DNA of 32,000 nucleotides. It comes from Candidatus Saccharimonadota bacterium. Its GTDB lineage: Bacteria; Patescibacteriota; Patescibacteriia; 2-12-FULL-60-25. The notes under the pieces are model-generated. The model was not told the DNA's origin. It did not search any database and was given only the letters and a program-made list of their open reading frames with translations. The translations under genes and the position numbers were made by a program. The DNA is taken from assembly GCA_963718585.1 (NCBI GenBank), contig OY970357.1, positions 780,001 to 812,000 of the forward strand, read 5' to 3'. Shown here in pieces: positions 8,804 through 16,223 of this stretch (the first letter of the stretch is position 1; each line of letters opens with the position of its first letter).

Positions 8804-8880
8804 TGGTGGACGCACCAGGATTCGAACCTGGGACCTTTTGAATGTGAATCAAACGCTCTAACCAACTGAGCTATGCGTCC
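8804..8880 (-). tRNA. tRNA-Val (anticodon CAC), CCA encoded
   Basis: I folded it by hand from the reverse complement. Acceptor GGACGCA/TGCGTCC; D-arm GCTC-AGTTGGTTA-GAGC; anticodon arm TTTGA-TTCACAT-TCAAA; variable loop AGGTC; T-arm CCAGG-TTCGAAT-CCTGG; then A-CCA. Total 77 nt. Confidence 0.9.
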
Positions 8881-8897
8881 GTGTGAAATGTGCGGAG

Positions 8898-8926
8898 AGC
8901 ATAGACGACGATGGCGGGTTTGGCAA
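8898..8926 (-). promoter_or_regulatory. Sigma-70-like promoter for tRNA-Val
   Basis: The minus strand reads TTGCCA, 17 nt, TATGCT. The -10 ends 17 nt before tRNA position 1. Confidence 0.4.
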
Positions 8927-8977
8927 GGGTCTTGCATGCGTATCGCGTGCCACTGACGCTTCAGGTATCATGTCGTC

Positions 8978-9865
8978 ATGTCCATGGAAAATCCGTTCGC
9001 ATCTGCCTCGGCTCCGGAACACCCGAAGCCGGAGAATGGAGATGTCACGTTTGCACGGGAGAAGGAACGGCTCCTTCAGGCCTTCCGCCATGACCACGGC
9101 TTTCGGGAGGCGCTTGCTGAGATCCAACGATCTCCGGATCTTCCGAGACTATCGCAGGATCCGGAAGTCCGTGACGCCGTCAAACGACAGGCGCTGATTC
9201 TCATGGGTCGGAATGACGTCGCCCTCGGCTTCGAGGTCGCCATGACCTTCGAACTGACGGATGATGAACTGGAAGGCCTTGGTGAGACCGCGGCGATCGA
9301 CCTCCTTCGCGCCGGCGTCGTACCGAAGACCGTCATGAAGGAATTCGCCCTTCCGGACGATTTCATCCAGCGCCCGAAAAGCCAAGAAGCGGCGAAAGCC
9401 TCCATCTGCGAGAACCTCCGACGCGGAGAGGTCGTGCGCGCGAAGACCTTCGCGAAAGAGACGGGTGTAGACGAGGCATTCTTCCATTCCGAAGCCGCGA
9501 TCAAGGCCACGCAGGACTGCATCCGCTCCATCATCTTCCAGAACAGGAATACGCAGAACATCCACGTGATCGCGAAGGCGATGGATCTCAAACAGACCGA
9601 CAAGAACGATGCCGTGGAACAAGGGGTCCTGGATTGGCTGCGCTCGGACTCCCGCGACGTCCGGAATGCGGATTCGATCATCAGCAATGTCAGAAAGGAT
9701 CTGGCACCGCGCCGCTTCTTCCAAAGTCCCGAATTCCTCGATGCGGTCCGGACCGCGATCAAGACGCAACTTCGTCATGGCTATGACTATGAGGCTGAAA
9801 GACTCGCGGAACGGTTCAATGTCGATCTGACGGAGATGGAGACGTCAGCTGCGAAAAAGAAATGA
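8978..9865 (+). CDS. Hypothetical protein (probably all-helical, soluble)
   Basis: 295-aa ORF with GC-rich third positions and no recognised motif. TATCAT (8966..8971) lies 6 nt upstream of the ATG. The stop overlaps the prmC start (ATGA). Confidence 0.75.
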   Translation: MSMENPFASASAPEHPKPENGDVTFAREKERLLQAFRHDHGFREALAEIQRSPDLPRLSQDPEVRDAVKRQALILMGRNDVALGFEVAMTFELTDDELEGLGETAAIDLLRAGVVPKTVMKEFALPDDFIQRPKSQEAAKASICENLRRGEVVRAKTFAKETGVDEAFFHSEAAIKATQDCIRSIIFQNRNTQNIHVIAKAMDLKQTDKNDAVEQGVLDWLRSDSRDVRNADSIISNVRKDLAPRRFFQSPEFLDAVRTAIKTQLRHGYDYEAERLAERFNVDLTEMETSAAKKK

Positions 9866-10761
9866 CCGTCGCAAACATACTGGAGCGCGCCGCGAAGCAG
9901 CTTCAACCGAAGAAGATCACGTGCGCCGCGGACAAAGGTCTTGGCCGACTTGAAGCCGAGGTCTTGCTCGCATTCGTCATGAAGAAGGACCGCGTCTGGC
10001 TCATCGCCAACAGGGAGTTCCGAGTTGCGAGTTCCGAGTTGCGCGTGTTTCAGGCCCTTGTGAAAAAGCGAAAACGCCACGAACCCATCGCCTATCTCAC
10101 GGGAGAGAAGGATTTCTACGGTCGCGCGTTCCGCGTCTCCCCTGCCGTCCTCATCCCCCGCCCGGAGACCGAGCAGATCGTGGATCTCGTGAAAGCGATG
10201 AAGCCCTCCGCGGTATGGGATGTCGGGACCGGATCCGGATGCATTGCCGTAACCCTCGCTGCCGAATGCCCGAAAGCGAAGATCTTAGGGACGGACCTCG
10301 ATCCAAAAGCACTCGCGATCGCGCGGCAGAATGCGAAACGATACAAGGCCACGAATGCGGCATTCAAAAAAGGCGATCTGCTCGATCGCACGGCCCTAGA
10401 TTGGATCCTTACGCACGCACCGCGGACCTCACGACGCGCCGACCGCCGGCTCGTGATCACGGCGAACCTCCCCTATCTCCCGAACGCAGACAAACGCAAG
10501 CTAGAGCCCGATGTCGTGAAGTATGAACCGTTCAAAGCCCTCTTCGGCGGGCCGAAGGGGTCGGAAGTCATTGAAAAGCTGTTGCGACAGATCGCTGCGC
10601 TCGATCTGCATGCCGATGTCATTTTGGAATGCGATCCGCCCGAAGCACTCGATCTCGCGCGTCTCGCCCGGTCACTCTTCCCGCACTTTTCTGTCCGTAC
10701 GTACAAGGATCTCGCCAAGCACTATCGGATCGTGACCATCACGAGCGCTTTCCGACCGTGA
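9862..10761 (+). CDS. prmC: Release factor glutamine N5-methyltransferase (PrmC/HemK)
   Basis: Shows the SAM motif VWDVGTGSGCIAVTLA, a catalytic-loop variant ITANLPYLP (NLPY instead of the usual NPPY), and YEPFKALFGGPKG. Confidence 0.88.
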   Translation: MTVANILERAAKQLQPKKITCAADKGLGRLEAEVLLAFVMKKDRVWLIANREFRVASSELRVFQALVKKRKRHEPIAYLTGEKDFYGRAFRVSPAVLIPRPETEQIVDLVKAMKPSAVWDVGTGSGCIAVTLAAECPKAKILGTDLDPKALAIARQNAKRYKATNAAFKKGDLLDRTALDWILTHAPRTSRRADRRLVITANLPYLPNADKRKLEPDVVKYEPFKALFGGPKGSEVIEKLLRQIAALDLHADVILECDPPEALDLARLARSLFPHFSVRTYKDLAKHYRIVTITSAFRP

Positions 10762-12076
10762 TCTTCGCTCCAAGACCCTTCAATTTACCGAGGATGTCTT
10801 CGTACCCCCGCTCGATGTGCTCGACGCCCGTGAGCACGGAGGTCCCATCTGCGATGAGCGCGGCGATGAGATAGGAAAAACCCGCACGAATGTCCGGCAC
10901 CGCGATCTCAGCGGCATGGAGCGGCGTCGGACCGGAGACGATGGCGCTGTGGCGATAATCCCGATTCACATACCGGCAGGGTTTGGATCCAAGACATTCT
11001 TTGTGGAGTTGGATCTTCGCCCCCATGCGACGAAGTGCGTCCGTATATCCGAACCGCTCCTCATAGACGGTCTCATGCACGACCGACACGCCATTCGCTT
11101 GCGTGAGCAGGACCGTGAACGGCTGTTGATAATCGGTCGAAAAACCCGGATAGACATCCGTCTCCAGCGTGATCGGCGCGAACCCGTCTTTCGGAGCCAT
11201 GAATCGGATCCCGTCCTCGCGCACGTCATACGGAACGCCGACGCGACGGAGCGCATTCAAAAATGACATCAGACTTTCCTGCTCCGCATCACGAACGAAG
11301 ATGTCTCCGCCGGTGATCGCAGCTGCGACCGCGAAAGAAGCGGCAACGAGCCGGTCCGGGATGAGTCGATGCGTCGTTCCATGCAGCGCATCCACGCCTT
11401 CGATGATCCACGTGCGGTTCACATCAAGCTGGATGATCGCGCCCATGGCCTGCAAGAGCCGTGCGAGGTCCACGATCTCGGGTTCGACAGCTGCGTTCGT
11501 GATCACGGTCGTACCTTTGGCCTTCACGGCCGCGAGCATCGCGTTCTCCGTCGCACCGACGGAAGGAAACGGCAAAGCGATCAATGATCCGTTCAATCGT
11601 TTTGCCGAGGCGATCACTTCGCCGCCCTTCGATTCGATCTTCGCGCCCATGGTCTTGAGCGCGGCGAGATGGAAATCCACGGGGCGTGCACCGATCGAAT
11701 CACCGCCCAACGCCGGAATGACCGCCTTGCCGAATCGATGGATCAGCGGTCCGAGCAGAAGGATGGGGATCCGGTTCTTCCGGCTGAACGCTTCCGCGAC
11801 CTTTGCGGTCTTCAAGGTCGACGCATCCACTTTGACGCGCGAACCGTTCCGCGTGACGCGAGCGCCGAGCGCCTGAAGCATCCCGATCGTCACATCCACG
11901 TCCCCGATCTTCGGGACATTCTCCAGGATCACGGGTTCGTCTGACAATAAGGCAGCGACGAGTTCTTTCGTCGCCGCATTCTTCGCACCGGAAAGCTGGA
12001 CCTCTCCTTTCAGCGGATACCCGCCAGTGACCTCATAGACACGCTGAGCGGGTGAAGTGACGGATCGTTTTGGCAT
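10739..12076 (-). CDS. murA: UDP-N-acetylglucosamine 1-carboxyvinyltransferase
   Basis: 445 aa. GGYPLKGEVQLSGAKNAATKELVAALLSDEPVILENVPKIGDV, RPVDFHL and other EPSP-synthase-fold MurA patterns are present. The 3' end overlaps the prmC 3' end by 23 nt (convergent). Confidence 0.95.
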   Translation of the reverse strand: MPKRSVTSPAQRVYEVTGGYPLKGEVQLSGAKNAATKELVAALLSDEPVILENVPKIGDVDVTIGMLQALGARVTRNGSRVKVDASTLKTAKVAEAFSRKNRIPILLLGPLIHRFGKAVIPALGGDSIGARPVDFHLAALKTMGAKIESKGGEVIASAKRLNGSLIALPFPSVGATENAMLAAVKAKGTTVITNAAVEPEIVDLARLLQAMGAIIQLDVNRTWIIEGVDALHGTTHRLIPDRLVAASFAVAAAITGGDIFVRDAEQESLMSFLNALRRVGVPYDVREDGIRFMAPKDGFAPITLETDVYPGFSTDYQQPFTVLLTQANGVSVVHETVYEERFGYTDALRRMGAKIQLHKECLGSKPCRYVNRDYRHSAIVSGPTPLHAAEIAVPDIRAGFSYLIAALIADGTSVLTGVEHIERGYEDILGKLKGLGAKITVGKRS

Positions 12077-12082
12077 GTTCGG

Positions 12083-12091
12083 ATGATATCA
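12083..12091 (-). promoter_or_regulatory. Extended -10 element (TGaTATCAT) 6 nt upstream of the murA ATG
   Basis: Read on the minus strand: ggaacgTGaTATCATccgaacATG. Confidence 0.35.
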
Positions 12092-12112
12092 CGTTCCGTG
12101 ACCGATACGACC

Positions 12113-13249
12113 TCACTTGGTGGTGGATGATGTCGACGTGCCTAACGACGCCGCCGTCCCGCCGTTCAAGGTCACCTCGACCCACGTGGTCCCCCGATCA
12201 AAGACCATGTCCGTCCCATCCACGCCCTGAAATTGGATATGTTCCCCTGCGACGCGCGACCATGTCCCCGCGAGCGTCTTCCCGTCCCGATACAATGTCG
12301 CCGATCCATGTCCTGTCGTCCGGATATGCAGCCGTCCTTCACTATCCACGACCTGACCGTCCGTCACCATGAGCACGACATTCTTCGCCGTCACGACCGA
12401 CCCATCCGCATCGTGCTGGATCACGCCGCCTTCATGCCGGACATAGCGATCGTTCTCGCGATCATAACTCCATGTAACGGTGTATCCGCCGCCGTACGGG
12501 ACGGTCGGTCCGCTATCGTTCCCGCGGACCGTGGACGTCGTACTCTCCAACGGATCGTCATCTTTATAACGCCAGCCACGAAAATGGCCGGTGCGCCATT
12601 GCTTGGATGCATCTGCGTCGTGCAAGAGTGTCGTCTGCGTGAACGCATTATGCGGGGCCGTCCGTTTGGCGCTGCGCCAAAAATACTTCCCATTGGAGAA
12701 TTCATTCAGATCACGCATGCCGGACATCGAGGCAAGCTGGGTGAGCGCCTCAGGACTGCCACCCACGTGCGCATACACCGCGTTCAGGCCGTCTGCGATG
12801 TCCACGAAGTACGGCCGTGCGCTTCGGACCGGACCGATGGTGTCCACCGTGGTCGTAGCATCGAAGACGAGGAGATCTCGCGTGATCCCGCCCTCGACCG
12901 GAAATTCGAACGCGAGGTTCGCATTGGCCGGACCGGAAAGCGGACGGGCGTCGATGCTGTTTTCCACCATCACGGCATACGCTTGCAGATTCGCATCCAC
13001 GGGCGACACGAGGACTCCGTCGAGCGAGCGTGGAACGAGGTCCCCGGTCGTCGTCGTCACCTCGATCATCTCCGGCGTCGACGTCGTGGTCGCGGCGGCG
13101 GCCGTCTCCTGACGACCCGCGCCGGACACCGCGTACCAGACCAAACCGCCGCATAATCCGATCAACAAAACGGCCCCGAACGCGATAAGCGGCCAGGACC
13201 GTTTCAAAACCGTCTCGAGGGGTATGCGGACTTCGCGTTGACCCTCCAT
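12113..13249 (-). CDS. DUF3048 (YerB-like) membrane-anchored protein
   Basis: The track ORF runs to 13345, but its first 32 codons overlap the rplY 3' end in another frame. I start at ATG 13249 (MEGQREV...). A TM reads WPLIAFGAVLLIGLCGGLVWY. DUF3048-like blocks are YAVMVENSIDARPLSG, FEFPVEGGITRDLLVFD and GPVRSARPYFVDIA. Confidence 0.8.
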   Translation of the reverse strand: MEGQREVRIPLETVLKRSWPLIAFGAVLLIGLCGGLVWYAVSGAGRQETAAAATTTSTPEMIEVTTTTGDLVPRSLDGVLVSPVDANLQAYAVMVENSIDARPLSGPANANLAFEFPVEGGITRDLLVFDATTTVDTIGPVRSARPYFVDIADGLNAVYAHVGGSPEALTQLASMSGMRDLNEFSNGKYFWRSAKRTAPHNAFTQTTLLHDADASKQWRTGHFRGWRYKDDDPLESTTSTVRGNDSGPTVPYGGGYTVTWSYDRENDRYVRHEGGVIQHDADGSVVTAKNVVLMVTDGQVVDSEGRLHIRTTGHGSATLYRDGKTLAGTWSRVAGEHIQFQGVDGTDMVFDRGTTWVEVTLNGGTAASLGTSTSSTTK

Positions 13250-13259
13250 CGCCGTGTCG

Positions 13260-13946
13260 TTATTTCTTCTCTTCTCCGGCGCCTTCCTCGGCTTTCTTCG
13301 CTTCTTCCTCTGCGCGCTTTTCTTCCGCTTCGGTCTTGATGGCACCCACGTCCGTCGTCGCCGTCTCTTCGAGCTTCTTCAACTCTTCTTCTGTCATCGG
13401 GCGCTCCACCACGGCGATCGTCGCCTCCGGATCCACGTTCACTTCGATACTCTCGGGCAGACCGAGAGAACGGACTGTGATCGCATCATCGAAGGTCTCC
13501 AGCTTGGAGATGTCCACGACGATCTCGTGCGGCAGGTCAGCCGGCAGACACGTGACCTCGATGGAGGTCATCGCATGCGAAAGCGTCCCACCGAGCTCCT
13601 TCACGGCCCTCGACTCGCCCGTGAAGACGAGTGGCACTTCCGTCGTCAACTTCTCATCCATCCGGATCTGATGGAAATCGACATGGATGGGCGTCATGGC
13701 GATCGGATGCACCTGGACCTCTTTGATCAGGGTCTTCATCGGGGAACCGCTGTCCACGGTCAGATCGACGAGCGAGGAGGTTCCAGCAGCCTGATACAGC
13801 TTACGAAACGCGGACGCGTCGATCTGGATGGAACGGGCCTCAACCCCATTCCCATAGACCACCGCAGGAATGGCTCCGGTGTCCATGACATGTTTAGCGC
13901 GACGGCCGAGGGCTTCGCGCGTCTGAGCAGTGATGGCGTAGGTCAT
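13260..13946 (-). CDS. rplY: 50S ribosomal protein L25/Ctc (general stress protein form)
   Basis: 228 aa. TREALGRRAKHVMDTGAIPAVVYG is typical, followed by a two-domain Ctc-type length and a K/E-rich tail. Confidence 0.9.
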   Translation of the reverse strand: MTYAITAQTREALGRRAKHVMDTGAIPAVVYGNGVEARSIQIDASAFRKLYQAAGTSSLVDLTVDSGSPMKTLIKEVQVHPIAMTPIHVDFHQIRMDEKLTTEVPLVFTGESRAVKELGGTLSHAMTSIEVTCLPADLPHEIVVDISKLETFDDAITVRSLGLPESIEVNVDPEATIAVVERPMTEEELKKLEETATTDVGAIKTEAEEKRAEEEAKKAEEGAGEEKK

Positions 13947-14014
13947 AATGGGTGGGCTCCGGCGGAAAAAACGGCCGGATAAGCCCGAAAAATCGTGTCG
14001 GGAGCGTACGGGAT

Positions 14015-14347
14015 TCAGGCAGCGTTGTCAAGCAGGCGTTGGCAGAGATCCCGACTCCCCTCTTCCAACAGACGATGGACTGAAATGCACTCGTCCCCGG
14101 AAACCGCCTCCGCATCCTTGAATCGCACGGCGTCTTTGAGCTCCATATCCGTCACGAGCCCGACAGAACTGATCGCACCGCCGGTCTCTAGGATCACGGC
14201 CAAGACCGACTGTCCGCACGTCGAACAGCTGCAATGGAAAAGCCGCGTCACGCCCTTCTCGCCAAGCAAGCGGACCTCATGGGACTGATACGCGCTGTGG
14301 CAAAGCGGACAGTGGGCAATGATCCGTTCCGAGTGAGGGCGATCCAT
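14015..14347 (-). CDS. Small zinc-ribbon-like hypothetical protein
   Basis: 110 aa. It has two Cys pairs, HCPLCH and CSCSTCG. Third-position GC bias supports this frame. Confidence 0.6.
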   Translation of the reverse strand: MDRPHSERIIAHCPLCHSAYQSHEVRLLGEKGVTRLFHCSCSTCGQSVLAVILETGGAISSVGLVTDMELKDAVRFKDAEAVSGDECISVHRLLEEGSRDLCQRLLDNAA

Positions 14348-14355
14348 ATGATGTC

Positions 14356-14384
14356 ATCGTACCGTCTCCTGCCCGGTCAGGCAA
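14356..14384 (-). promoter_or_regulatory. Sigma-70-like promoter; the -10 lies 8 nt from the ATG (leaderless-type)
   Basis: The minus strand reads TTGCCT, 17 nt, TACGAT, then gacatcat, then ATG (14347). Confidence 0.4.
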
Positions 14385-14386
14385 TA

Positions 14387-14419
14387 GAAAAAACCCGCCC
14401 TTTTTACAGAGGACGGGTG
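14387..14419 (-). terminator. Rho-independent terminator after the receiver-domain gene
   Basis: Minus-strand RNA ACCCGUCC-(10-nt loop)-GGGCGGGU forms 8 bp including one G.U, followed by UUUUUU. Confidence 0.6.
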
Positions 14420-14439
14420 AAAAAGACGACTTGAAGGGC

Positions 14440-14793
14440 TCAGGCTTTCAAGCCAAGAGCCTCATACAGGGCGATGGTCGGCGACGGCTTGGAACAGACG
14501 GCACTGCATCCGGCTCGCAACAGTGCGTTGTTCGCATGCTCGTCACCAGATGCGGCGATGATCGGACCCTTGAAGGTCTTCCGCATCTCGTGGACGAGGA
14601 CGAACGTCGTCGAAGCACCGGGGACGTTCCCGTCCATGATGATACCGGCGATGTCCGGATGCTCGCGGAATAGGCGCTCGCCCGCTTCGAGGGTCGTGGC
14701 CGCAAGGACCTCCGCCCGATGACGGAGTTCGCGGGCGTAGGCCCGTTGGATCTCCGGATCGTCTTCGACGATCAGGATCTTTGGAAGGGACAC
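14440..14793 (-). CDS. Single-domain response regulator (CheY-like receiver)
   Basis: 117 aa. KILIVEDDPEIQ and IIMDGNVPG (acceptor Asp) are present, along with a later ...ASGD.. region. GTG start, with AAAGGAGG 8 nt upstream. Confidence 0.85.
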   Translation of the reverse strand: MSLPKILIVEDDPEIQRAYARELRHRAEVLAATTLEAGERLFREHPDIAGIIMDGNVPGASTTFVLVHEMRKTFKGPIIAASGDEHANNALLRAGCSAVCSKPSPTIALYEALGLKA

Positions 14794-14834
14794 CTCGCTT
14801 TCCTCCTTTCGCGGTCCGTAAAGACCGACATCCC

Positions 14835-14863
14835 TCTTTACCCGTTTTTAGCGGTTTTGTCAA
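14835..14863 (-). promoter_or_regulatory. Candidate promoter for the receiver gene
   Basis: The minus strand reads TTGACA, 17 nt, TAAAGA (a weak -10). The -35 overlaps the SEDS gene stop. Confidence 0.3.
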
Positions 14864-15969
14864 GCCACGAAGGTCTTTTTCCCGTGCACGGCGATGGATT
14901 CCACGATCCCTACTGTGCTGAACATGACGATGGTCGAGGATGCCGCCGCAGAGAGGAACGGGAGCGGGATCCCCGTGACCGGAAGGAGGCCAAGGTTCAT
15001 CCCCGCATTGATGGCGAGATGGAAAGTGATGAATGCGGCAAGCATCACGCAAAGCGTGCCTGCGAATGCGTCTTCTGCCTCCATCGCGATCTTCAGAAAA
15101 CGATATAAGAGGTACCCGAACGTGCTAAGGACCACGAGCATGCCCACGAATCCCAACTCTTCTCCCAGTACGGCGAACATGAAGTCCGTCGAGGCCTCGG
15201 GGAGAAAGCGGAGTCGCGCCTGAGATCCTTCCCCGATCCCCTTGCCGAAGAATCCCCCGGACCCGATCGCGATCCGCGCCTGCGCAACGTTATAGGCAGC
15301 TCCGTAGGGATCCGCCGCCGGATTGAGGAACGAGGAAATGCGATCACGCTGATACGGCTTGAGTCCGAAGTTCCACAAAAGGACCGCGATGGTGGCGATG
15401 CTGACGAGCATGATCCACCACGCATGCCGCGGGAGACCGCAAAACAAGACCGCCGCAAGCCAGATGGCGACGAGGACGGTCGCGGAACCGAAATCCGGCT
15501 GCATGAGGACGAGTCCGGCGTAGACCGCAAGCGCTCCGAGACTGCCGAGAAAAGCGGTCCACGTCAGACGCCGATGGGCATGCCGTGCAAAATACGCGGC
15601 AAGGAAGATCGCAAGCGTGACCTTCGCGAGCTCGACCGGTTGGAAGGAAAGCGGACCGACGACGAACCAACGCCCCGCGTTACGCGCAGTCGTCCCGATG
15701 AACAAGACGCCGATGAGGAATACGAGGCCGAAGCCGAAGATCGGGATCGCATACGTCCGCAAACGACGATAATCGATGAGCGGGATCGTGAGTGCCAGAA
15801 TGAGTCCGATCGTCACGGCGAGGAATTGCTTTTTCAGTTGAAAAAAATCGGTCGCTCCTTGCGATATATTGATCCCATAGATCGCCAAAAGCCCGATCGC
15901 CGTCAGGGTCACAGCCGCAAGCAACAGCGGCCAATCATAGCGGGCGTAGATGGTGGTCCATCGCTTCAT
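14860..15969 (-). CDS. FtsW/RodA/SpoVE (SEDS) family peptidoglycan polymerase
   Basis: 369 aa, about 10 TM helices. Motifs are QPVELAKV, QPDFGSA, NVAQARIAIGSGGFFGKGIGEG and LPEASTDFMFAVLGEELGFVG. Confidence 0.9.
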   Translation of the reverse strand: MKRWTTIYARYDWPLLLAAVTLTAIGLLAIYGINISQGATDFFQLKKQFLAVTIGLILALTIPLIDYRRLRTYAIPIFGFGLVFLIGVLFIGTTARNAGRWFVVGPLSFQPVELAKVTLAIFLAAYFARHAHRRLTWTAFLGSLGALAVYAGLVLMQPDFGSATVLVAIWLAAVLFCGLPRHAWWIMLVSIATIAVLLWNFGLKPYQRDRISSFLNPAADPYGAAYNVAQARIAIGSGGFFGKGIGEGSQARLRFLPEASTDFMFAVLGEELGFVGMLVVLSTFGYLLYRFLKIAMEAEDAFAGTLCVMLAAFITFHLAINAGMNLGLLPVTGIPLPFLSAAASSTIVMFSTVGIVESIAVHGKKTFVA

Positions 15970-15997
15970 ACGCCCGAGCTTGCCATAGCGGAGATGA

Positions 15998-16088
15998 AGA
16001 AGCTAGAAGCTGTAAACGAGAAGTTAGAAGCTAGAAGCTAGAAGCTAGAAGCTGGAAGCAAGAAGTCAGAAGCGAGAAGCTGGAAGAT
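15998..16088. repeat. Tandem array of 13 heptamers, consensus AGAAGCT (left arm of an inverted pair)
   Basis: I parsed it by hand: AGAAGCT x2, GTAAACG, AGAAGTT, AGAAGCT x4, GGAAGCA, AGAAGTC, AGAAGCG, AGAAGCT, GGAAGAT. Confidence 0.9.
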
Positions 16089-16128
16089 AGGAGGCGGTAC
16101 GTATCCTGATCACTGGATCCGAATTTCG

Positions 16129-16219
16129 AGATCCTAGATTCTAGCTTCTAGATCCTAGATTCTAGCTTCTAGATCCTAGATTCTAGATTCTAGCTTCTAG
16201 ATTCTAGCTTCTAGTTCCT
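16129..16219. repeat. Tandem array of 13 heptamers, AGATCCT/AGATTCT/AGCTTCT (right arm, imperfect reverse complement of the left arm)
   Basis: Units in order: AGATCCT AGATTCT AGCTTCT, the same three again, then AGATCCT AGATTCT AGATTCT AGCTTCT AGATTCT AGCTTCT AGTTCCT. The first part shows a 21-nt higher-order period. Confidence 0.9.
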
Positions 16220-16223
16220 TTCC

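Noticed and set aside
12233-13156. 307-aa plus-strand ORF (similar cases at 19101..19871, 20430..21254, 21279..21938, 22474..23235 and 24291..24980 on the minus strand)
   Set aside because: All are antisense to genes with clear family signatures: DUF3048, the nucleotidyltransferase, nusG/rplK, the Pro-rich protein, pyrF and rplA.
13250-13345. K/R-rich N-terminal extension (MPSRPKRKKSAQRKKRRKPRK...) of the DUF3048 ORF
   Set aside because: It is the frame-shifted reading of the K/E-rich C-terminal tail of rplY, which ends at 13260. ATG 13249 gives a normal short cytoplasmic tail followed by the TM. The longer start cannot be fully excluded.
15970-16223. CRISPR array, coding repeat or oriC interpretations of the heptamer arrays
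   Set aside because: The units are 7 nt with no spacers, so this is not a CRISPR array. A 7-nt period with in-frame TAGs cannot encode protein. I saw no DnaA-box-like 9-mers or AT-rich unwinding element, so I do not claim an origin.
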